Of a stretch of 6,002 nucleotides of DNA, positions 1 through 4,367 are shown in pieces. Under the pieces are notes generated by a model that saw nothing but the letters and a program-made list of their open reading frames with translations, was not told the origin of the DNA and ran no database searches. Source of the DNA: a virus; IMG/VR virus record IMGVR_UViG_3300020950_000017, one strand, 5' to 3'. The position numbers and the translations under genes are program-made. Position 1 is the first letter of the stretch. Each line of letters opens with the position of its first letter.

Positions 1-113
1 AAGGCGTTAGAATCAACGCTGACGAAAGTTGAGCCGCTTAAAAGATCGTCAATTCTCACCACATTATTAGGCTGAATAAGAACAGGTGGTCGGTTTGCTT
101 CCGGTCTATACAT
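1..113 (-). CDS. Partial duplicate (first 37 codons) of the G-position protein, created by the terminal overlap. Not an independent gene.
   Basis: ATG at 113..111 equals the ATG at 5974..5972. The sequence is identical to 5862..5974. Confidence 0.9.
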   Translation of the reverse strand, partial: MYRPEANRPPVLIQPNNVVRIDDLLSGSTFVSVDSNA

Positions 114-141
114 CTATCTAGTTCCTGCGAAAATTGACGCT
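1..141. repeat. Terminal direct repeat, copy 1. It is identical to 5862..6002 and marks a circular genome linearised with an assembly overlap (unit length 5861 nt).
   Basis: Read by eye: 1..141 (aaggcgttagaatcaacgctgacg ... gaaaattgacgct) recurs base for base at 5862..6002, offset 5861. The repeat carries the F-stop / G-position-start junction (cat|cta at 111-116 = 5972-5977). Confidence 0.95.
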
Positions 142-1382
142 TGCGGTTTCGGAATGTATCGCTTGGCGAGGATGTTAATCATCAGTTGGGCTCGCCAGTG
201 TGCGAGTTGCGTTGTCTGGAAAGCCTCATCGTATTCATCGGAATCTACATAACGGAAATCTGATTTACTCTTTCCTGTGTTTTTTGAAAAGAAAGGAAAT
301 CCATCCAAATCATCGTATTGCTTATCTACATAAGTGGGATGTTCTCTGAGCCAATCGCCGTATGGCCGCATTCCAATATCATTACTGCCGTTGTGCCTAA
401 AAAAATCATCCACGGATATCGTCTGAGGTGGTTCTGCTTCAAGAATATTATAATCACCAGCCCACTCCTTATAACTCGGATTAACTTTGCCATCCAGATA
501 ATGCTTCTCATCGTCGAAAATAGTCGGGTAGCGAACTAACGCCATCACCCAGAGAGTTCCGTGCTCGTTGAAGTATTTATGAGGCATACGCATACCGCCG
601 AGTGCCATAGATTTTCCGGCATATTGTCCTAAATTGTCATTGCCTGTGCCATCCACATCCGAGCCACTCATCCAAAAGGAAGTTTTCCAGACCAACTGCG
701 GCCGTTGGTCGGCGTCTATATTCACACCGGACTTCCATCCTTGTTTAAGGACATCAGTATAGCGGCGAGCATACCACTCGCGTTGTCTTTCAGTTTTAAG
801 GTGTGCCTTTTGCTTTTCTAAATCAAGTAATGACAGAGTATTTGAATTAACATCTACATCGGTATCCGAACTCACCACATTACCATCAATTGTTGCCGAC
901 CACATACGAGGTAGCCATCCACACTTATAGCCGTGATCGCTTGCGTCTGAGTTAGCACTAGGTAGATAGTCATCAGCGACAATATCACCATCGGCGGTAG
1001 GTGCTCTAAAGTATCGATTCCAAATCTGGTTATAGCCTGCGACAACCCAGAGTGGCAATGTGCCGAGCTCGTGGCAAGCAAGATAAGGACGCAAGTCAGA
1101 GTTTGTTACTCCTTCAAAAGTCTTGGATTCATCATTGCCATCTTTAATGAAATCTACAAAATCATCGCCGTAAATGTGTCTGTGAGGAACATAAAAGGCG
1201 AATAGATCCACTTTGCTATCAATAATCAATTCACGGCGGAGAGGAGCAAGTCGCCAGATACCAGCCAAATCAATATTCATCGAATCTCCGGGCAAAACTG
1301 GAATACGGGAAAGTGTCTTGAGCCGTCCCATTGCTCCAAGAGTGAAGCATAAATGATTAAGATTAAATGCGTTGCGTTCCAT
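114..1382 (-). CDS. F: Major capsid protein, phiX174 F family, 422 aa
   Basis: Long ORF. The N-terminal block HLCFTLGAMGRLKTLSRIPVLPGDSMNIDLAGIWRLAPLRRELIIDSKVDLFAFYVPHRHIYG matches the recalled phiX174 F block HLGFLAGQIGRLITISTTPVIAGDSFEMDAVGALRLSPLRRGLAIDSTVDIFTFYVPHRHVYG. Also DADQRPQLVW..SGSDVDGTG..LGQYAG matches DADNRPLLVM..SGYDVDGTD..LGQFSG, and EHGTLWVMALVRYP matches EHGTMFTLALVRFP. The size is close to phiX F (about 426 aa) and well short of gokushovirus VP1 (above 500 aa). The ATG at 1382 overlaps the upstream stop (TAATG). Confidence 0.95.
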   Translation of the reverse strand: MERNAFNLNHLCFTLGAMGRLKTLSRIPVLPGDSMNIDLAGIWRLAPLRRELIIDSKVDLFAFYVPHRHIYGDDFVDFIKDGNDESKTFEGVTNSDLRPYLACHELGTLPLWVVAGYNQIWNRYFRAPTADGDIVADDYLPSANSDASDHGYKCGWLPRMWSATIDGNVVSSDTDVDVNSNTLSLLDLEKQKAHLKTERQREWYARRYTDVLKQGWKSGVNIDADQRPQLVWKTSFWMSGSDVDGTGNDNLGQYAGKSMALGGMRMPHKYFNEHGTLWVMALVRYPTIFDDEKHYLDGKVNPSYKEWAGDYNILEAEPPQTISVDDFFRHNGSNDIGMRPYGDWLREHPTYVDKQYDDLDGFPFFSKNTGKSKSDFRYVDSDEYDEAFQTTQLAHWRAQLMINILAKRYIPKPQASIFAGTR

Positions 1383-1903
1383 TAGCGTATTCTTTTCATT
1401 TCCGTATGCGTTTTTTCAAAGTAGCGTTTATCATCATTCCCAACATTAGATATATGTATCCATTCATTATATTCGTTTATAGCTACATCAAAATGAAATA
1501 AATTAGTATGTAGTTCCTCATGCTTCAATTGACAAGCGTATATCTGCTCAGCAACCCAGTTAATAGATCGATTTGGAACTATAAAATCGACAGCATTACC
1601 ATATGTATGTTGGCTCGTCAGCGTACCACCAACAAAAGCATTAAGAGTAGTACAACGATAGCCAGAAGTTATCACTACAGGCAAACCTAAATAATCACGC
1701 AATGGGTCTAGTGTGTATGTAGTCAATCGCACTAAACTATTAAAAACCTCAATCGGCTGGGTATCCGATTCGTCCGGAAAATTCTTTATGCCTTTCTGGT
1801 GTGCGGTGCGGGACCGGAACAATTCGTCAAGGCTGAAGTAGTCAGATAACCAAGTGTCATTGCTACCAAAATCCTTAGGCGATAATGGCTCTGTTTTAAT
1901 CAA
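1382..1903 (-). CDS. Zinc D-Ala-D-Ala / L-Ala-D-Glu type peptidase, M15 family (endolysin-like cell-wall hydrolase), 173 aa, probable TTG start
   Basis: M15 signature ITSGYRCTTLNAFVGGTLTSQHTYGNAVDF (SGYR..N..GG...SxH-x6-D) plus the distal WIHIS histidine. Predicted Zn ligands are H99, D106 and H150. No N-terminal signal peptide or TM segment. There is no in-frame ATG until residue 168. The TTG at 1903..1901 lies 9 nt downstream of GGAGG (1917..1913) and overlaps the J stop (TTTTGA). Its stop overlaps the F start (TAATG at 1384..1380). Confidence 0.85.
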   Translation of the reverse strand: MIKTEPLSPKDFGSNDTWLSDYFSLDELFRSRTAHQKGIKNFPDESDTQPIEVFNSLVRLTTYTLDPLRDYLGLPVVITSGYRCTTLNAFVGGTLTSQHTYGNAVDFIVPNRSINWVAEQIYACQLKHEELHTNLFHFDVAINEYNEWIHISNVGNDDKRYFEKTHTEMKRIR

Positions 1904-1983
1904 AACCGAATCCCTCCTACTATATTAGTTCTCTTGCCACCGCCTCGGCGAGAGGCTCGCTTGCTACTAGGCTTCCGGCTCAT
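1900..1983 (-). CDS. J: J-like small basic DNA-binding / packaging peptide, 27 aa (MSRKPSSKRASRRGGGKRTNIVGGIRF). Not in the supplied ORF track.
   Basis: Hand translation from the ATG at 1983..1981 to the TGA at 1902..1900. It has 9 basic and 0 acidic residues in 27. The C-terminal NIVGGIRF resembles the recalled phiX174 J C-terminus (..LWYVGGQQF) and the G4 J end (..LWYVGGTQY). GAGGT (1997..1993) lies 9 nt upstream of the ATG. It sits between D and the capsid module, as in phiX174. Confidence 0.8.
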   Translation of the reverse strand: MSRKPSSKRASRRGGGKRTNIVGGIRF

Positions 1984-2012
1984 TTTTTTGCGACCTCTAG
2001 AAAAGCGACGCT

Positions 2013-2483
2013 TCACTTGGCTTTCTCCACCGCGTGCTCGATCATGTACTTACCGTCTTTATTGAATAACTTTTGATACTCCTTATACTCACCAGAACTT
2101 GCTAACAGAACAAGTCCGAACAAACGGGAGGGGCTAAACTTAGAAGGCGAATCATCACGAACAGCGACATCTACATCCAAATACACGCCCTGCATATAGC
2201 TACACGCCGCCATATAATTTACTGGAGCAACAAACATTGCTATTATTGCTGCCAAATACTCAGCACAGAGATCCATCTGGGGAAGGCCTTGGGCAGACAT
2301 ACTGCCACCAATGAGCGATTGAAGCGTTCTACAAACTGAATGTTTATCGGTCGACATCCATACCTTATTACCAGTCAAAAGCTTAAAGTCGTCAGGGTTA
2401 ATTCCCAATCCTTGGATACCGTGAGCCTTCGCAGTCTGAGCTACTACACTCATCGCACTTAAACAAATTGCGTTATCTTTCAT
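2013..2483 (-). CDS. D: External scaffolding protein, phiX174 D family, 156 aa (the open frame extends to a TTG at 2567, but the ATG at 2483 is preferred)
   Basis: INPDDFKLLTGNKVWMSTDK matches recalled phiX D LTEDDFDFLTSNKVWIATDR. YLAAIIAMFVAPVNYMAACSYMQG matches FIAAVIAYYVHPVNIQTACLIMEG. From the ATG at 2483 the DDF motif falls at residues 30-32, against 31-33 in phiX D, and the length is 156 aa against 152. GGAG (2495..2492) lies 8 nt upstream. The ATG overlaps the upstream stop as ATGA (2483..2480). Confidence 0.9.
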   Translation of the reverse strand: MKDNAICLSAMSVVAQTAKAHGIQGLGINPDDFKLLTGNKVWMSTDKHSVCRTLQSLIGGSMSAQGLPQMDLCAEYLAAIIAMFVAPVNYMAACSYMQGVYLDVDVAVRDDSPSKFSPSRLFGLVLLASSGEYKEYQKLFNKDGKYMIEHAVEKAK

Positions 2484-2761
2484 TGTGATTTCTCCAATAG
2501 TTTTAATCCTTTGTTGCTTCGGACTTGATTGGCAAACATTCTTATTATGTGTTCCGATTCCAAGCAAGCATACTCTAGATTCAATTCGGCTTGACGCACC
2601 GCGTCAGTCGGATGATCTAGCTCAGACTTAAAAAAATCAGAGCGAGCCGAGTGTAAAACATCCAACGCGCTCTGAATAGCGACAGCGACCTTGCCAAGCT
2701 CATCTAAAGAGCGAGGACAAAGCAAATCATCTGCCGAAGGGTTGAGGTTAATATGATTCAT
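2480..2761 (-). CDS. Hypothetical acidic 93-aa protein at the position of phiX174 gene C (DNA maturation). The assignment is by synteny only.
   Basis: The ORF runs from the ATG at 2761 to the TGA at 2482..2480 and is coupled to D by ATGA. It lies between Rep and D and is similar in size to phiX C (86 aa). I see no sequence similarity to the recalled phiX C, and there is no clear SD upstream. Confidence 0.6.
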   Translation of the reverse strand: MNHINLNPSADDLLCPRSLDELGKVAVAIQSALDVLHSARSDFFKSELDHPTDAVRQAELNLEYACLESEHIIRMFANQVRSNKGLKLLEKSQ

Positions 2762-2767
2762 AGCTCT

Positions 2768-2795
2768 ATATTACCAAATCAGCAAAAGCTGTCAA
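2768..2795 (-). promoter_or_regulatory. Candidate sigma70-type promoter: -35 TTGACA (2795..2790), 16-nt spacer, extended TGn, -10 TAATAT (2773..2768)
   Basis: The minus strand reads TTGACAgcttttgctgatttggTAATATagagctATG. The -35 is a perfect match, TG sits one base upstream of the -10, and the -10 matches 4 of 6 positions including the key A2 and T6. The Rep stop TGA (2794..2792) lies inside the -35. The predicted transcription start falls at or next to the A of the ATG at 2761. Confidence 0.45.
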
Positions 2796-2877
2796 GTGCC
2801 GTGATAGATATTAGCTGAACCGCCAAAAACAGGGACACTGAGACTATTAGGATTAAAATTAAATCTTGATTCCACAT
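2779..2877 (-). CDS. Candidate 32-aa single-pass hydrophobic peptide (MWNQDLILILIVSVSLFLAVQLISITALDSFC), overprinted on the Rep 3' end at the position of phiX174 gene K. Not in the ORF track.
   Basis: Hand translation of the third minus-strand frame: ATG at 2877..2875, TGA at 2781..2779. GAGGTG (2889..2884) lies 6 nt upstream of the ATG. Residues 6-28 form an uninterrupted hydrophobic stretch. The ORF starts 24 nt after the B-like stop and ends 18 nt before the C-position ATG. Confidence 0.35.
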   Translation of the reverse strand: MWNQDLILILIVSVSLFLAVQLISITALDSFC

Positions 2878-4240
2878 CTGCTACACCTCTACCAATTACC
2901 TTAAAACCTGCCGTGAGTTTTGAGCTCATCGGGCGTATCGATTCCAAAGAACTCAGCTGGTTGCGGAGTGGTCTCATCTTTGTTATACATCTGGAAGGCG
3001 GTAGCAATGTCGCCTTCGGCTTTATAGCCATCAATAGTAAATGTATTCGTCTCGGCTTCATCCGACTCAACATCACCTTCACCATCAGCCTCTTTATTAA
3101 TCTTGTTGGTATCCAGCGATCGAACATCTGTATCGGGATTCTGTTTAATCTCATCAGCTGTAGTATCTGGGTTTGCGTTAGTTTGTTGAGAATCGCTTTC
3201 AGCTGATTCAATCCGTGATTCCGAGTTTGTCTTAATCTCCATAACTTCTTACCTCCAGATAAATCTAAGTCTTGATCTTTGACTAAATATTTAACTACAT
3301 AATAACAGATTGCTCTTATATCGCTAGTCTTAATTGCGGAGTAGTTGCCAAGCTCATCCCTAGCGACCGGAAAACGCCAGCCCAGCTTACTGTATGGGTC
3401 ATCAGCACTTGTTCTCACAGCAATTGGCGAGCTAAATCCATAGTTCCAGTATTCTTTAAGTTCCTGTATCTCACGCAACGCAGGTGCGGGCGGATGTGTT
3501 GAAGTATAGCTAAAACGAGAATTAGGATCACGCCAGCCAGCTGGCAAAGCCTTAAGCCACATTAAACAATGTATATGAAGGCGACCAGTCTCACTGCCTC
3601 TCTCTACACAGGCGAAGTAAGTAAGCACCTCAGGTTGATTCTGTGCTTCTCTAACCGAGCCATATACTTCAATCTGAACGGCTCTTTTCACCTTTCTTAT
3701 ATGATTACGCCAACATCTGCTACCCTTCTCAAACACTTTGTCTAGGTGCTCTGGAGCGACCGTGAGAGTATTGAAAATGGGATACCATCCCTGATGTCTC
3801 TTTTCAAATGCCTCACAAACAAGCCTAAACATAGCTTGGCCGTTACTTGCCTTCCTAGCTTGCTTGGCTACTAAGTGCCAAAATATGGCGTCTACGCCTT
3901 TCTTCCGGCTGCGGTGAGGAGCGTAGAAGCCAAATAGTGCCTCACAGTGGGACTGGTGATCGGGATACTCTTTGAATAAATCTGTTAATTCTGCTGACAT
4001 TATACGGCGGTGGTCCATAAAATCAGTAATATCAAGTCGGCAAAACTGAAACGAGTTATAGTAGTCATATAGACGCTGGAGATGGTTGAATATTGAAGGA
4101 TCGGTGCCAGAGGCTTCGGCGTGACAATAGAGGACACGCAAACGGTTTTCAAGCCGTCTGAATAGCTGATAGGTCCGGTCTTGGAAGTATGACCGTGCGA
4201 AAGGGCCTTCTTTACTTTTTGAGTTGCTTGCGGATTTCAT
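2792..4240 (-). CDS. A: Rolling-circle replication initiator (HUH endonuclease), phiX174 gene A family, 482 aa from the ATG at 4240 (the open frame extends to a TTG at 4351, 519 aa)
   Basis: Motif 1 is GWYPIFNTLTV (phiX GWFIVFDTLTL). Motif 2 (HUH) is GRLHIHCLMW, with HIH = CATATACAT at 3577..3569 (phiX GRLHFHAVHF). Motif 3 is YYVVKYLVKDQDLDL, with paired tyrosines 4 residues apart (phiX FYVAKYVNKKSDMDL). AAGGAG (4250..4245) lies 4 nt upstream of the ATG at 4240. FARSYF, 14 residues in, resembles the phiX A N-terminal MVRSYY. Confidence 0.9.
   Translation of the reverse strand: MKSASNSKSKEGPFARSYFQDRTYQLFRRLENRLRVLYCHAEASGTDPSIFNHLQRLYDYYNSFQFCRLDITDFMDHRRIMSAELTDLFKEYPDHQSHCEALFGFYAPHRSRKKGVDAIFWHLVAKQARKASNGQAMFRLVCEAFEKRHQGWYPIFNTLTVAPEHLDKVFEKGSRCWRNHIRKVKRAVQIEVYGSVREAQNQPEVLTYFACVERGSETGRLHIHCLMWLKALPAGWRDPNSRFSYTSTHPPAPALREIQELKEYWNYGFSSPIAVRTSADDPYSKLGWRFPVARDELGNYSAIKTSDIRAICYYVVKYLVKDQDLDLSGGKKLWRLRQTRNHGLNQLKAILNKLTQTQILQLMRLNRIPIQMFDRWIPTRLIKRLMVKVMLSRMKPRRIHLLLMAIKPKATLLPPSRCITKMRPLRNQLSSLESIRPMSSKLTAGFKVIGRGVADVESRFNFNPNSLSVPVFGGSANIYHGT
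2901..3242 (-). CDS. B: Internal scaffolding protein, phiX174 B-like, 113 aa, encoded entirely inside Rep in another frame
   Basis: GGAGGT lies 8 nt upstream of the ATG at 3242. The protein is acidic, polar and low in complexity. Its C-terminus FQMYNKDETTPQPAEFFGIDTPDELKTHGRF matches the recalled phiX B C-terminus IYARFDKNDWRIQPAEFYRFHDAEVNTFGYF, which is the capsid-binding aromatic tail. The B-within-A nesting is the same as in phiX174. Confidence 0.8.
   Translation of the reverse strand: MEIKTNSESRIESAESDSQQTNANPDTTADEIKQNPDTDVRSLDTNKINKEADGEGDVESDEAETNTFTIDGYKAEGDIATAFQMYNKDETTPQPAEFFGIDTPDELKTHGRF
4010..4039 (-). other. Viral-strand origin of rolling-circle replication (30-nt Rep recognition and nick site) inside the Rep gene. 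The predicted nick is between G4033 and A4032 on the minus strand.
   Basis: The minus strand reads CGACTTGATATTACTGATTTTATGGACCAC. The recalled phiX174 ori is CAACTTGATATTAATAACACTATAGACCAC. By hand count, 22 of 30 positions match with no gaps, including the ACTTG|ATATTA nick core and the terminal GACCAC. It lies in the same reading-frame context (RLDITDFMDH against QLDINNTIDH). Confidence 0.8.
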
Positions 4241-4355
4241 CAATCTCCTTGCTATTTTGAATGTAGCGACACAAACCAACAGCAAAACGAGCTGAGGCTT
4301 GTATAAGAGGGATGAAGGTGACGAGCTTGGCAATGTATTTAACAGTATCAAACAT
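4212..4355 (-). CDS. Candidate 47-aa small protein (MFDTVKYIAKLVTFIPLIQASARFAVGLCRYIQNSKEIDEIRKQLKK) filling the H-to-Rep gap and overlapping the Rep start by 29 nt. Not in the ORF track.
   Basis: Hand translation: ATG at 4355..4353, TAA at 4214..4212. AAGGAG lies 7 nt upstream, directly after the H stop (TAA AGGAGTATATTG ATG). It has a hydrophobic core (residues 8-29, interrupted by K10 and R23) and a charged helical tail. It is in a different frame from Rep. Confidence 0.45.
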   Translation of the reverse strand: MFDTVKYIAKLVTFIPLIQASARFAVGLCRYIQNSKEIDEIRKQLKK

Positions 4356-4367
4356 CAATATACTCCT

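Noticed and set aside
1-141. Terminal repeats as biological LTRs, att sites or a transposon boundary
   Set aside because: The repeats are direct and exact, and they interrupt an ORF that is restored on circularisation. That is the expected artefact of assembling a circular genome. There is no integrase or transposase.
318-539. Plus-strand 73-aa ORF, minus-strand 61-aa ORF (326..511) and minus-strand 69-aa ORF (872..1081), all inside the capsid gene
   Set aside because: They are off-frame or antisense to a strongly supported F gene. Composition is odd and I/L-rich or C/H-rich, and I saw no RBS. No other gene in this genome uses the plus strand.
1942-1956. GC-rich hairpin gcctc-ggcga-gaggc inside the J-like gene as a possible terminator or packaging signal
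   Set aside because: The stem is only 5 bp and there is no following U tract. The sequence is explained by the Arg/Gly codons of J (SRRGG).
1984-2012. D-to-J intergenic spacer as a rho-independent terminator (as after some phiX late genes)
   Set aside because: It contains a direct repeat (gcgac twice) and an XbaI-type palindrome, but no stable inverted repeat. Its A-run lies immediately before the J ATG and is better read as an RBS spacer.
2013-2483. Search for an E-like lysis gene overprinted in D
   Set aside because: I checked every minus-strand ATG in this interval. Nine are in the D frame. The off-frame ones (tops at 2155, 2170, 2176 and 2361) stop after at most 22 codons. A non-ATG start cannot be excluded by eye.
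2484-2567. 28-codon N-terminal extension of the D-like ORF (TTG at 2567) overlapping the C-position gene
   Set aside because: The ATG at 2483 has GGAG at 8-nt spacing and an ATGA overlap with the upstream stop. It also gives motif spacing and length that match phiX D. The extension is simply frame that happens to stay open.
2913-3206. Plus-strand 97-aa ORF antisense to the Rep/B-like overlap
   Set aside because: This region already encodes two supported minus-strand proteins. The product is low-complexity and I/L/F/S-rich, which is typical of the antisense of an acidic gene. It has no SD, and microviruses transcribe only one strand.
3830-3832. Internal in-frame ATG (QAMFRLV) as an A*-like second Rep start, roughly where phiX A* begins
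   Set aside because: The only purine-rich stretch (AGGAAGG) is about 19 nt upstream, too far to act as an SD. Nothing in the sequence distinguishes this Met from an ordinary internal Met.
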